From the NCBI RefSeq assembly GCF_963853765.1, contig NC_088855.1, positions 60,264,001 to 60,328,000 on the forward strand: a DNA stretch of 64,000 nucleotides. The letters run 5' to 3'. This DNA is from Magallana gigas (lineage: Eukaryota). This document shows, piece by piece, positions 42,043-55,925 of this stretch; the first letter of the stretch is position 1, and every line of letters starts with the position of its first letter. The translations under genes and the position numbers were made by a program. Below the pieces are notes generated by a model, which worked only from the letters and a program-made list of their open reading frames with translations, had not been told where the DNA came from and did no database searches.

Positions 42043-42388
42043 GGTACCTCACTACTCCCAGACGTATACTTTTTAAGACACTATGTCACAAGAAAGCGAT
42101 TTAAATGTTTTGTTAAATTGTTTATATCTTTCAATTCGATTATATATCGTCATAGCTAAGTGATTAACGTATTGGGCTTCTCTGAACCGCAGATCATAAG
42201 TTCGAATCCGCCTGGGGCTTTTGTTCATGTTTACTGAATTAAATGTTCGAAAAAGTAATTTTTCATTCAAAATTGCACATTTTTTTTTGCCTATTTGACT
42301 TAAAAACTTCTTCTCCATTATAATATCTATCATAATCAAGTAAATTTCTGCTGATTTGAGAAAATATTTCACGGTGTAGAGAGCCACC
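42043..42388. mobile_element. TTAA-flanked non-autonomous DNA element (Kolobok/piggyBac-like) containing a tRNA-like segment
   Basis: TTAA at 42039-42042 and 42389-42392; imperfect TIR ggtacctcactac / gtagagagccacc; A-box-like tagctaagtga (42153..42163) and B-box gttcgaatcc (42200..42209). Confidence 0.55.
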
Positions 42389-42564
42389 TTAAACAGACAA
42401 GTTTTTGCCCAGCCTCACATTTTCTTAAATCATTGTTTAAACTTAACATTTGCTAAATTTGGATACTCATATTTATTTCGTAAAATAAAGATTTTTGACT
42501 TATTCAAACTTTGGAGTCTAAACCAGAGTTAATCAGCACAAAAAATAAACACCACCTTTCAAAA

Positions 42565-44060
42565 AACAAGAGGCCCCAGGCCTTGACGGTCACCTGAGTA
42601 GCATAGCTCGTAGATGGACCATTCAAAGAGTCTCGTGTTTGGATTTTATTCTCCATTTTGAAGCCTTCTATGACTTTTCCCCCGTTTCTGATATCAAATG
42701 TTTATGTTTGGGAACATTAATTTAAAAAGGGGTGGCGAGAGACAAGAATCAGAGGACCCTCCGATTATCCAAACGCTAGTTCCATAGGCTAAACTTTGAA
42801 ATATTTTGGTAAAAAGAGATCTGCATGCCTTTAATGGTCAGTCTTTTAAAATAAATACAATTTCATTTATAATGCTCACAGCGTGCATACAATTCATTGC
42901 TACAAGCATGCATCGCACCGGAAAGTAATGATTTCCTTTAAGGGGGATCTGCGCCATCTTTTACGTTTGAGAAGAAAAATGTAAACACTTCTTGAACTAG
43001 CTTGTTTCTTTCCAAAACTTACTGAAACTGTTGTCAAAATATACAAAAGCAATAAATATGACGTTCAATATGTTGTTTTGTATTAAAATACGCATACAGG
43101 ACAGAACAATGCGTGTTTTAAGCACTTAGAACTGCGCAACTATAGACTTGAATTTAAGAATTAAAAATCTGTAAAAAATATGAAAGGTCATAAGTTTGTC
43201 CACTCTACAACCATTCGTTGAGAGAAAGGTCAACGCTTTCTTATTTAAGGTGTAACTATGTCTCAAAAGAGGGTACCCTGTTCTTAAAATGGGTCCAAAA
43301 AACTATCAATTTCCACGAGATATTTTTGTCTGTCTATGGAGGTACATTAAAGTTAATTTTTCATTGAAAAATATATGTACATGTATATCTAATATTAAAG
43401 GCAATTAACTTTTGAACCCTATCCCACATTTAAAAAGAATTTAATTTATACTTCAAGAACTAAAACAATACAATTGGAACTAGTATCTATAGAGATGTTT
43501 GTCACATTCAGCCCAGATTGTTTTGAATTGACATTTATTTTTTTTTGATAAAAATTTAACGTCAATGTGCCTCCATAGACACGGGAGTGTTGAGTATAGC
43601 ATGGACTTTTCTTGTTCTTGTAGACTCATGCCGACTGATAAAAATAGGGTATCCTATTTTGAGGCAAAGTTACGACATAAATGTGCAAGATTCAACCTTT
43701 TTCTCAACAAATGGTTGTAGAGAAGACACAAATTAACAATTTTCTAAGTGATTTAAAAAGCATTCTTCTGTTCTTAATAATTTGCATACAAAACAACATA
43801 TAGAACCGCATCTTTATTGTTTTTTCATCTTTCTACAACAGTTTTGGTTAGTTTTGCGCAGAAACAAGCCAGTTTAAAAAAAGTTTACATTTTTATTCTC
43901 AAATGTACAAGATGGCCGCACATCCCCCGTTAAGGGACACATGTTTGATATTTTATGACCAACTGACAATTTACTTGTAGTTTTGAAGGTGAAGTTAAGA
44001 ATGTAAAATTGTTGACGGACGACACACGACGAAGGGCAATAGGTTACGTTCACTATATTG
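42565..44060 (+). mobile_element. HINE-like element (aacaagaggccc...cacctgag head) interrupted by a foldback MITE
   Basis: Head at 42565..42607; gacggacgac tail motif near 44015. The end is approximate. Confidence 0.45.
42942..43929. mobile_element. ~1-kb foldback MITE with TTAA target duplication
   Basis: TTAA at 42938-42941 and 43930-43933. Ends gggggatctgcgccatcttttacgtttgagaagaaaaatgtaaac / gtttacatttttattctcaaatgtacaagatggccgcacatccccc, with inverted matches continuing about 400 bp inward. Confidence 0.75.
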
Positions 44061-44089
44061 CCATATTTGCCACCCCTCCGCCTAAATAA

Positions 44090-44400
44090 AAAGCCTAAGC
44101 CTCTTACCCATGGTCAAGGTATTTAACAATTTAAGAAAAGAACATCATGGACATAATTACAATGACCTTAACCTTGACCCAGGGATCATTGAATTCACAA
44201 TTTGGGTAGATGATTTCATGGTCATGGGCATCGTAACCATACATTTAGTTTTTCTCAAATCTTGATTCGAGTAGAGGAGAAGAATTTGTAAGATAAATTC
44301 ACTGTTTGATCATATTGGCCTCGCCCTAAGAACCGGACCCTCGAACCAGGGGCCAACACTTTTTACAACTTTGGTAGACATCATAACCATGCAGTCAGGT
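44090..44400 (-). repeat. Degenerate Cg170-like satellite monomers (reverse orientation)
   Basis: Reverse-complement similarity to 46265..46625 (ggcctcgcccta, ccaggggcca, caactttggtaga). Confidence 0.45.
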
Positions 44401-45077
44401 ATGATATTATCAAAATATATCACTTACCTGTAAAACAGCATTTCATTTTAGTCGACGTTTCACTGGATGTAATATTCATCCAGATATGTGTTAGAAAAGT
44501 ATCACAACATCATCTTATCTAGAAGTCTTACGATTGTTGAAAGAATAACACAATTTAACAGCAATATAAGTACAGTATATATTTATTAGCAGTTCATAAG
44601 AAAAATCACAAAAAAACTGTGCACAGTGGAATTCAAACTGGTGCTACTGGTTATTGTATGTTGATATTATTAATTGGCATTAGATGAACATACATGTTTG
44701 TAACGACGTTTATTAAATTTTTATTCGTTTTGTTTTTGTCTCCAAAAATACCTATACGAAATAGTATATCAAATAGGTAACGATCAGGCTACTGCAAATA
44801 TTATCAGATTTTTGGTAAACCAACTACCTGAAGTAAGATAATTGGTCCAATTGTGATGCACGACAGTGACAAATGCTAGTTTAAACAATACATGTATTTT
44901 GTTAGTAATTAGCATCATACATATTGCAGAAACAGTGCATAGCAGATTGAGAAACAATCCAAAATGTTGACTCATGTGACAGAAAAATTACATTATCTTT
45001 AGTACGCATATCATAATGTGACAAAGAGCAAGAAGTCAGACTTCAATGAAATACCAGTACTTTAATATTCATCTGCG

Positions 45078-45080
<3 letters not shown>

Positions 45081-45128
<48 letters not shown>
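45081..45128. repeat. (AG)n microsatellite
   Basis: 24 units. Confidence 0.95.
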
Positions 45129-45129
<1 letters not shown>

Positions 45130-46264
45130 AATTAATATACAAGTTGACTGTCTAAATTTACATATATATGTACAAGCCCTATATCTCATTAAGTGAGATA
45201 TTGTATGGAGTATAATTCAGTTAATGATGAATATAGTACAAATTAGCAGGTAACATCCATTATGTGATTGGCCAGTAGTTTGGCCTTTAATTTTTAACCA
45301 AGAACAGAAATCAAATCAGCATATTTCAATTCTCAATTTATTTGTTCTTTGATAAAAACTTAATAAGTCCCCTTTTTTCGTAGCTTTGTGGTATTAAAGT
45401 TTTCAACATTTGTATTTCGTGGCCAGGACTACTAGTAATTGAATGGAAAATTGGATAGTCTCATGGATGAGCCTAGAAAATGGTAATAAATATAAAAAAA
45501 AAAGTAACTATAGATTGTAATCCATATAGGCACATACAGAGTGTGAGAGAGAAAGAGAACGGAAAACACGAAGGTATTCGGTAAAACTTTAGTTACTATA
45601 GTATCGATTTTATTCAATATCTTTACAGAGTAGCGAAGTAAATGTTTTAATATCATGTAGTAGTACGATTTGTTATGATTTTTAGATATCACAGTGACTG
45701 ATTGGTTTACTGAAGTACATACCTCCGGATTGTCCAAGAGCAGGATTGTTTCTAAAACCACAATGTTGTAATATTAACTAGCCTACAGACACCATTAATG
45801 AGAAGCATTAGTTTTTTTGTATCATGTTTGTTTATAGGTAGTAACTGCTTATTTAATTATCCAGTCATAATGTACCTATCCACTAATCAATATACCACTT
45901 ATAAAACAAATGATACTCACTTATATTACAATCTAGGTGCCCAAATATGTATTATTTAAAGAAAGATGAAAAGTAATTTCTTATATTAAATAATTAGGTT
46001 ATAAATAAATGTGTAGATATCAAATGTTTCCGTTAGTCAAATAATTACCCAAACGGTCTTTGAATCCAATCTGGATTTCCTCTGTACTCAATTTCATTCT
46101 GGATAGTTCTACCATCTCTATCGCTAAAAAGGCAAATGAGAAAAAAAATATCTAAATTTTTTTCATACCATACGTGTAGATCGTTGTAAAATCACTTTTT
46201 AAATATACATGAATACATGAGTTTTAAAAATATTATACAATTATATAAACATGTTCTTAAACTA

Positions 46265-46756
46265 AAGAGGAATGAACGATTATGATGTCCATGAAGCCCC
46301 CTACCAAAATTGTGAAATGTATAGCCTCTGGGTCATGACTTCAGGGTACGACCAATATTTCCTTATAGTGAAGCTGTTTTTAATCTTATAACTCTTCTTC
46401 TCTACTCTTACAATATATATTTGAGATAAACTAAATGCATGGTAAAAACATTCACGAAGCCAGCTACCAAAATTGTGAAATTCATGGCCCCTACATCAGG
46501 GGTTCAGGCTCTAGGGCGAGGCCGATATGGCCATATAGTGTAAATGTATTTAATCTTAGAATATCTTTTTCTCTCTATCCATATCAGGGAGAGATAAACT
46601 GAATGCATGGATATGATATTCATGAAACTTCCCAAATTTCAAATTCGGATTAGTGTTTTTAAAGGAAAGCTTAAAATGGAAAACCGAGACCCTCTGACAG
46701 GTCAGTGTTAGGGCTATGGTACTCAGGTGACCGTCAAGGCCTGTAGGCATTTTGTT
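46265..46756 (-). mobile_element. HINE-like element in reverse orientation carrying about 2 monomers of a ~165-bp Cg170-like satellite
   Basis: Two related units containing ctaccaaaattgtgaaat (near 46281 and 46463); head tactcaggtgaccgtcaaggcctg at 46720..46743. Confidence 0.55.
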
Positions 46757-48863
46757 TTCTTGTTCAATCACCATATTAACATCGCTGATTTGGTATCAAG
46801 TAATAAAATATTCCTTGTGGTATTGCTGTAAAACATTACATATAATTTTCATATCAAAAATATATTTTGATAAAAATTTTTATCTAAACATGGATACTAG
46901 TAAATAGAGCAAACTGCTAAATTAAATCATTGTTATTCACACAAAACTTTCATTTCAGCCTTTCTCAAATGAAAACTTTTACACCACCCCTCTTAACGGA
47001 AGTAATTCCAATACATTATCTATGCTTGATTTAAAGAATGGCAAATTTAGCGTTTACACATGCAAGTCAATATCAAATCGGATTTTAAACTCGTGTATTT
47101 GTGTTGTAGCATATAGCAATCTATATTTGTAAAACATCTATCAAGATGGCTGGATGTCTATATAAGTTTCCCCAGGAAGATGAGCTCTGTTCAAAGATAC
47201 CGGTAATGTCTCAAAATGTAAAGCTGAAATATATATGCTGTTTCTTTACTTGATGATAGTTTATGTTTAAGAGTAGAAGAAGGAAAAGTTTCTTACAATA
47301 TTTGCCCTTAAATTTGAAAGTTGTTTAAATCTCATGAAAATACACATATATCATCTTTAACACATATGTATATAAAGCACCAAGCTATATTTTTATCTTG
47401 TTTTCATAAAAGCATAATAACTTCAACATTTTGTCATGTTTCTAAGATGTAGTAAATAACTAGTACATTTTCTCATAGTTTTTTGAAAAGGAAAATGTGT
47501 CCGCAGCCGTCGCTTCCAACGAAACAGATATATTTTATGTTATGAAAAAATGACAATAACAAATCGTGAACCATCTCAAAAAACCATAAAACGAGATACA
47601 AATTCAAAGCAGAGCAACTCGGACCTCCAAAAAGATAGAGGTAGGATCAGGTACCTAGGAGGAGTGAGCATCCTTTGCCGACCGGTCACACCTGCCTTGT
47701 GCTCTTTGTCGTAATCGGGAAAAAAAAAACCCCGGAAAAGTCTGTGGAAAATTAAATGATTAATTATGGTCTAACAATTAGTATGAAAAACGTCAGTCAG
47801 CATGCGACCCAGTGGAAGGTTGTATTTGCTGACAATGTCGTTGTATTGCACATAGAACTGCTAAGTTTTAAGAAAAATTCATGAAAATGCACTGTTTATG
47901 ACGTCTGAATTACACTTTTGAAAGTCTAATCTGGTAACTATTTATAGACTTTCAATTTATGGGTATTCTTGTAGAAATATTACATTCCAATTTTTGTGAT
48001 TTTTTTTAAAAATTACTTTAAAACAGTGCAAAATATGACTAAAAGTACAACTAGGTCTTTGTTGACCGTCTAGCCTCCTTAAAACACGATATTTTTCTTA
48101 AGTCAGCATGATTATGTAGTGTTACAGTAAAATGGCCATAAAATCCTTACGTGACTGTTTGCCGAAGGAGAATATTCAATTCATTTGCTTTCAGTGTCTG
48201 TAATCTGCAAAAAATATAATTAAATGCGTATTTTCAGTTTGTGTGTGTTTATTTACAAAATATCTTAAATTAAAAAATGATATTTAAAAACAATAAGTAT
48301 AATTATTATCTTTTATCCTGAAATGAAACCTAAACAAGAAATTACAACGTGTCTATTTACTTCATCTCTAAGTCGTTACATTCTAATACTTCACTAGAGT
48401 TGACGTGGTCATGTCCCTGGTGACATCTGTTAGTTCTAGATCTAAAGCAGATGATATTACATGAAAGTTTTAAATTCATATATAAGCTACGTTTTTATGG
48501 TAGAGAAACAGTGTTTTCAGTTCATTTCAGGACATAAATGAGGTCCTGGTGAGCTATAATGCATTACACGAGGCCGCAATGAAGATGCAATATTTTGAAA
48601 CCATTCCCTTATATTCATTTACTAATTACTGATGAATATATTGAAATCTAATCTCACGCTTGGTTACTCTCAGTACTTTGATGAATTTTCATACTGACAT
48701 GTGGATCTGCTAAGTAGCTGCTTACGTAATCCTGACATATTCAATAGTCTATCTTCTAACAACCGGGTATATTGTACAGAGAAAGTTGGCTATTTGTCTG
48801 TCACCAATTCAAAATGAGCCTAATTTTTGCAACGGACGCAAAATATATTTTGTGAGCATAATC

Positions 48864-49652
48864 TACCGTATAACGGGTATTTTTTACGTGCTGCTATTTT
48901 TTACTAATTTTTACGAGTTTTATATAATCGTAAAAATTAAACGCGTAAATTTTCACAGAAGTAAAATAACACCGCACGTAAATTTTCTACATCGTACGTA
49001 TGAGATTAATGCTGATGACCTTCAGCTCAGTCCCTGACGGCTGTACATGTAGGTATATTTAAGCGGTTTTGGTCACGTGGTGATAACAGTTCATATCGTT
49101 CTATTCAGTCTTGAGTATTTTTTAAAACTTCGTATAATGCCACGTTAGTAGCTAGATTTCAATCACTCAGTCATTAACTATGGCGGGGATACGAACCTTT
49201 TTCAAACCATTATCTACAATGCCATACCGAAATGGATCGCTTAGTTTGAGAGAGAAAGAAAAAGAGAGAAAAATTGAAATGGAGTTGTCTCCCCCCCCCC
49301 CCCCCCCCCCCCCCCCCGTAAATCGAACTGAGACGAGCACATGGTGTACATCAATGATGATACCAAGATTAATAGGAATAAGTAAAGTGTATATAACAAA
49401 TGAAATAAAGGAAAATGAATAAACACAATCATTTTAAATAAGGACTCGTTAACAGAAAAACGATTTTCTGATTTATATGTGTGTTAACTGTAACAAAGTC
49501 ACGGTGAAATTTTACGCCTTTTACCACAGATGATTTCAATTTTTTACTTACATGTCCAATTCGTAAAAAAATTACGCGTAAAAATTCAAATCGCACTATT
49601 TTAAAACAAATTCGCAAAAGATCACAGCAGTAAAATTACCCGTTATACGGTA
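48864..49652. mobile_element. Tc1/mariner-pogo-type MITE with TA target duplication
   Basis: taccgtataacgggta (48864..48879) / tacccgttatacggta (49637..49652), with subterminal cgcgtaaa/cgtaaaa repeats. Confidence 0.75.
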
Positions 49653-50042
49653 TTTGAACTACATTTGAATAAACCAATACTAAATGTAGAATGACATTTG
49701 TACAGTTTATAAGTAAATATCGTGTATCTTTCTACCAAACGGAGACTGAAGATGGAAGATTTTAGATTTATCTTAATTCAATCTGTCCATTGTTCTAAGT
49801 AATAAATATTTACATTTTCACTTGCCTTTGTCTGTGAAAACACTACGAATCAAATTTGAATCCTATAATACAATAACTTCATAAAACCTGAGTGACACAA
49901 AATGGGCGTGTCTTATAGCATAACCAAAATAAAACGGTACTGGCTGCACCGCGTAGTCATACATAGCATGTGCTACATGAAAAAATAGTGGTTTTGGATT
50001 GTTGTTTTAAAGTGTATCAATTGAAAAAGTATTTATATAAGT

Positions 50043-50191
50043 AATAAGAAATCATTCTTTGAATATTATGAGGTGATGTTTTTGGCCGTAGAGTGGTCAA
50101 ATCTACCATAAAGCCCTTCGGGCTTTATTGGATTTGACCACGCCCCGACCAAAATTATTACCTCATAATACTCAAAGAATGATTCCTTATT
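50043..50191. mobile_element. 149-bp palindromic interspersed element, copy 2 (inverted relative to 11169..11317)
   Basis: Same arms; centre aaagcccttcgggcttt is the reverse complement of the copy 1 centre. Confidence 0.75.
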
Positions 50192-51365
50192 CCTTAAATA
50201 ATACAAATACGAATTTTTAAATCAAAAACAAAAAGATAACCCGATATCAATAATAAAAGATGGAAAACCATTTTCTCAAGAGAAAACTATTCAATGAGTT
50301 CAAATCTTGAAAAAGTCATAATACTTAGGCCATCATTGTCATCATTGTCTGTAACAAACTAAAATTCGTTGTGTATAATTATAATTCCCCTTGGTTCACC
50401 CTTCCGGTTTATCATTTGGAGAGCCCCTTGTTTTAATACTTTGACCCTTGGTTACAGTGGTAACAGATCAATCCTGTGGGGAGCCCCTCGTTGATACCTT
50501 AAATAGTTGGTAAAATTATGCACGGGTTGTACCCGGGAACATCAGCCGATAGACGTGGTCGTTACCCGTCTAGTGCTCAGGGGCCTGTTTTAGAAAAACA
50601 TCAGGGGCTCGTATCATAAAGAGGTCTAAGTTTTGGCGTAACTTAGTCCGACTAAATCATTTACGCCCAAAATTTACGCTGGCTTAAAATGCATTTCATA
50701 AAGCCGTAAATCTTGAGATGTAGGTCACACTTAGTCCGCCAATGTGAGCATGCGCGAAGTGTGTGCGTGGTGGAACACAATACTGAATAAAAAATATTAT
50801 TATAGTAACAGTTTAAGTGTATTATTCTTCTCGATCTGCCCGTACACTAAATGAATATTTTAACGATTCAATGCAGTCATCAGTATACTCTAACAAATAT
50901 ACAGCTGTATAGCCATGTAATGTTCAGTATATACATATGTATGTACAGATGAAACAGATGAAATTGTTATAATTTCATATTTACACGAATATAGATTTAA
51001 TTTAAAACTTTAAATTGGTGTAAACTTGCACAAATACACTTTTATGATAATGATATACCAGTATTTCTGAAAGCTGAAACACACGGGGGGGGGGGGGGGG
51101 GGGGGGCACAATTCTAAAAAGTATTTTAAGAAAAAAATATACAAAATAATTAATAAATTAGAACATGTAGTTACATTGCATTTAAAAGAGAGAGAACAGT
51201 GAATTGTTAAATTCTTAAAAGAAGAAAGAGAGGGAGAGAGTGAGAAAGAAAAAAAGGAGAGAAAGAGAGATGGTACAGAACACAATTCGGAGAAAGTGAG
51301 AGAGAAAAAATAATTCATATGTTGGTAATTATGTAAAAGAGAGAGAAAATAATTAATACAATTCT

Positions 51366-51366
<1 letters not shown>

Positions 51367-51422
<56 letters not shown>
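51367..51422. repeat. (AG)n microsatellite inside the Harbinger element
   Basis: About 28 units. Confidence 0.9.
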
Positions 51423-51427
<5 letters not shown>

Positions 51428-51609
51428 TCACATTAGCTACTACAACGTGAATCAAAATTTTGTATGTTCTCGTGTATTTTCCAATTTGCCTCACATTTAC
51501 ATGTGAATTACATATTTTGACGATTCTCTTAAGTTATAAGTTTCAAGAGATGAATTTCGGTCGTGTCAAAAAATTGTCGTCTGCATCTTTTCATTACCGA
51601 TTAAACATC

Positions 51610-54004
51610 ATGGCTGAAAGTCAGAAAAAAGCATCGAAGAGAAAACCAAATTGGTCTGATGAAGAACTTCAGATCATGGCATCCTGTGTTCGAGAAAATC
51701 GCGAAATTTTATTTGGGAAATTTTCTTCAAGTGTAACTTCGGAAAAGAGGAAAGCGGTCTGGAATGACATAACACGCCAGTAAGTTGGAATATTTACAGC
51801 AGACTATATCTTACGAACTAAAGTGCCTCATCTTGAAGTACTGCATGAAAATGTTAATAAATTCTTTAGTAATTATTTAAAAATACAATTATAAAGACAT
51901 TTTAAGATAAAAATGAAAATAAAAACGAGCATTTTATTAAAATGAATTCAATTAAAAAACATCAATTTGTAAAGAAATATTATATGGGTGTTTCAAGATT
52001 TATCAAATAAGCACAGTTTGAAGTGTGATTTTTAAAGTTCATCTACAAAATCAGCGTAAATACATTTAATGCCTAGATCAAAGGTGTTAGGAGCCGGGTG
52101 CGCCTCCCCCTTCCACCTGACACTGCATAGTTTTTTTAAATTTGAATGCCAAAATAATGATAGCACATTGGATCGATCCTCCTCAAAGAATGCTTTAATC
52201 ATTTGAACTTCCTAAGATATAGATATACATATTATGTATGCATAAGTATTAAATACACTTAATAACATTATATAAACAGTTTACTCGCCTACCTCCCCCC
52301 CCCCCCCCCCTTAAACACACACACGCGCACACACACACACACACGCACACACACACACACTTTTCTCCTCAAAAATAAGAGAAAATAGCGAAATGACTTC
52401 ATTGAAATATATATATATATATATATATATACCTTTTCTTTGTTTGTTTGAGTTACATGTGCTTTGGTAGTGTTAGATAGGGTAGGTGCAAATTAAAACT
52501 TGGTAAAGCCCCCCCCCCCCCCGGGGGGTGGGGGGGGGGGGGGTAGTAGTAATTGATCCACTTGCTCCACCCCCTCCTATGTCGTGAAATTTGCTTCTAC
52601 TTAGGAAAATATAACATGTAATGAAAAACGATGTTTTTATTTTTCAAGAATCAATGCAGTCTCCATAACCTGTGGTACGCGGGAGGCAGAAGAGGTGAAG
52701 AAGAGATGGAAAGACGCAAAGATGTCGGTGAAAAAAAAAGAAGCCACAAGAAAGAATATTGTGAAGAGGACTGGGGGCGGGCCTCCACCTGATTTAGGTT
52801 TCAAACCCTGGGAGTTGGATGTACGTATTTTGACTTTTGAGGTCGAATAATCATTGAATATTTTTTTTAAATATAATTCTACCCTCGATTATATTCAACA
52901 TGTACATGACTAAGTAATAATTGCAGTTAAAAAGCCCATGGTATTCTCCACAGGTTCTTTCCCTGATCCCAGAGGAAACCATTTCGGGTATCGAAGGGGC
53001 TGTTGATACGGCGCAAAAACCGAGCCCTTCTGAGAATGAAGCAGGTGCAGTGCCAGTTACGTACATATATATTATATAATAATAATGCTAGTTTAACTAG
53101 TATTATTATATATATACATGTATATATGTTCACGATATGTGCATGTATTATTGACTGGAAGTCATACAGATCAAAAATGTTGAAATTGTGCATTCTGAAT
53201 GGAGTGTCCTTATCGCGAATCAAAAACAATTAAACTTTCTCTTTTGATACGAAATAATTATTTTTTTATTACAAAGTTGCTATAAGCGATTTTATAATAT
53301 TAAGGAAAACGAATGGTAGACTTTTATATATGATTTAAATATAACTTTTACTTATACACTACTGATACCGTTCATAAAGACAATATATTTTTTTTTCAGG
53401 ATGTTCCAGGTCCAATCAAGCCACCGAAAGTTCGATCGTTGAACAACCTTTTGTCAGTAAGAACATTTTTATTTGAGAAAATAAATTTGCTACGATGCTA
53501 ATTTTTAAGAAACTTAATTGAACTTATATCAATAAGTTATGGATAAGTGTTTATACAGTATACTAAGTATTTATTATAGTTCTCATAACGTTATTTACGA
53601 TAGTCAAAGAAGTTGAATTGCCAGAATTTGAAACGGAGACAGCCCCAGAAGAGCCACCAGAAGAGGGAGAGAAAATCAACAGTGACAGGAGAATCTTGAA
53701 ACCATCGTCCCGTAAGTACTTTTTTTTAGTATCGTGTAAAGTAACACGTAAAAAACTTATGAGTTCTAAGGGTGGGAAATTATTAATATTACATTAACTT
53801 AACTTAATTAACAAATGATTTCAAACTTTTGAATGATAATGAAAATGTTCCTTTGCATTTTTTTCAGATAAAAAGAAGAAGGCGCCAAAGGATCAACTAA
53901 TGGGTGAACTTGTGGAAATAAAACGACGTCGTGTTGAAATCGAAGAGAGAAAAGCGCTGGCTTTTGAACGAATTGCCTCAGCATTAGAAATGAAGAAAAA
54001 ATAA
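51610..54004 (+). CDS. Harbinger Myb/SANT-like DNA-binding protein; exons 51610-51779, 52649-52820, 52954-53044, 53400-53456, 53604-53711, 53868-54004
   Basis: RKPNWSDEEL...RKAVWNDIT...EVKKRWKD...RTGGGPP trihelix/Myb-like domain, acidic linker, and C-terminal coiled coil (KRRRVEIEERKALAFERIASALE). Splice phases are consistent with no stops. Confidence 0.85.
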
Positions 54005-54046
54005 TAAAATTGAAACAAATGATGAATGATGAATATTTGTCTTTAT

Positions 54047-55925
54047 TCAAAGCAAGCTTGCAACTTGCTCTCTTGTCTGATTAGCCAGAACAGGTGCGTT
54101 GTCCCCAAACAACATGTTTTGGTGGTAATTCACTACTCGTCCTCTGTCTTGTAATGGAATTTTTCCTTTCAATGCAATGTTATGAAGTCTAAAGCATATT
54201 TCTATTATTCTGGAGCACTTAATTGGCGAAAATGGAAGAACACCCCCAGACTGATGTAAGCACCTACAAAAGGTAATATATTATGTAAACACGATAATGG
54301 TAAAAAAATTTTAAAATGTGCTAAATTTTGTTGTGATTTGGTTAATTTTTTTTATTATGACGCACCTAAACCTAGCCTTTAAAACGCCAAATGCCCTCTC
54401 AACCACCACTCTTGTTTTTCCATGGCTGTCATTGAATTTCTCCTCCCTCCTGTTGCTTGGGGACTGATAGGGAGTCAGCAACCACGTGCGTAATGGGTAT
54501 CCTGAGTCCCCGAGCAACCAGCCACCCTCTGGAAGAGACTGGACTCGATCAGGAAGTCCGGAGTTTGTGAGCACGTATGCATCGTGGGTTGATCCAGGGT
54601 AGCGGGCATTGATGTGTAGGAATCTTGATTAGAAATAAAAGCAATATAAATTATATGTAGAAATAGCATTAATGTATCAGTATCTAACAATTAATATATG
54701 TGACTGTTTATGCATATACCTAGGTTTAAGCGGTTACAAATTTGAAAAAAGCATATTTCCTTTGAAGAATAACAAAAAAAAAATGCATAAATGAATTAAC
54801 CTCATGTTGGCATCAGCTACCGCTTGGATGTTTAATGCGTGAAAGTTTTTCCTACAAACGTACGCAAATTCCTCGGGGCCAGTCATTCCTTTTATTGGAA
54901 TGAGCGTCCCATCAACAGCACCGATGCAGTTTGGTATGTGAGCAATTTCATGAAAATCCGTTTTGATGGATCGCATTTCACACACCCTTTCCGGAAAGTC
55001 TATGTTGTCTATGGTTGCATTGATAGCATAGCAAACTGAAGTGGACAAAAATATACCAATTTAAAAAAATGAAACACCTCTGTATAATTAATGATACAGT
55101 ATCTGCCAAGTTATTACAAAATAAATTCCCGTGAGCGCTTTATATATCTCAATTCAATAATAATTGTGTAAAATTATTAAAATGAGTAATATCCAAGTTC
55201 TTAAATAAACGAAATACTCTTGTACATTTACTTATACCAATTAATAAAAAATATTTGTAGATTATTTAATCTATCATACTGGAAAATATATTACTAAGAG
55301 ATATACCATTATGAATTATACGGCACACAGATGACCTCGAAATGCTGTGCAAATCCCCAACTTCAGAGAAAAAGTCAGCTTTAGCCACGTATCTTAGTGT
55401 GACAAGTACCTATATGTAAATAAGACACATATATACAACAAATGTTATATCACCCGTCATTTGCGAATTTGATTTTAGAAGAGATCGACTGTGCATAACG
55501 GTATCAACATTTATAATTCACATGTATTCAAAATAATATTTTGCACAAGTATTATTCAAATAACTATCGTTTTCATCACTGCTCCCATGTCAATCATTTG
55601 ATATACACACAAATTTACGTGAAATAAATCAAACAACAAAAACATTCAGTCATTTAAATCATATTTATTTTAATATTGTAGGAAAAAGTGAAATATGAAA
55701 TTCTACCTGAATGTATGTAGGTATAGCATGAACCCTACGCGTGGGCCTTGCCACGTATTCATCTACTTTGGACACAATATCAAGAATGACATGTCTTGGG
55801 AAGCGATATCTGTTGATTAGGTCGATGTCTTGCATACTTTCTAAGGCATTATTTCTGTCTAGAAACACCCTTTCCCTCCTTAAACGTCTTCGCTCTCGCC
55901 TTTGTATAATGAGCAAGGTCGCCAT
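54047..55925 (-). CDS. Harbinger (HARBI1-like) DDE transposase, 343 aa; exons 55925-55707, 55409-55307, 55035-54801, 54623-54366, 54263-54047
   Basis: GAVDGT, HDA, LLGDSGYP and VERAFGVLKARFR motifs. The five exons join in frame (1032 nt) without stops. Confidence 0.92.

Noticed and set aside
42146-42216. Functional tRNA gene
   Set aside because: I could not fold a convincing cloverleaf, and it is embedded in a transposon-like element.
47500-47860. Interspersed repeat fragment (ggatcaggtacctaggaggagtgagcatcc...)
   Set aside because: It looks like a common bivalve repeat, but no ends, TSD or coding motif could be established.
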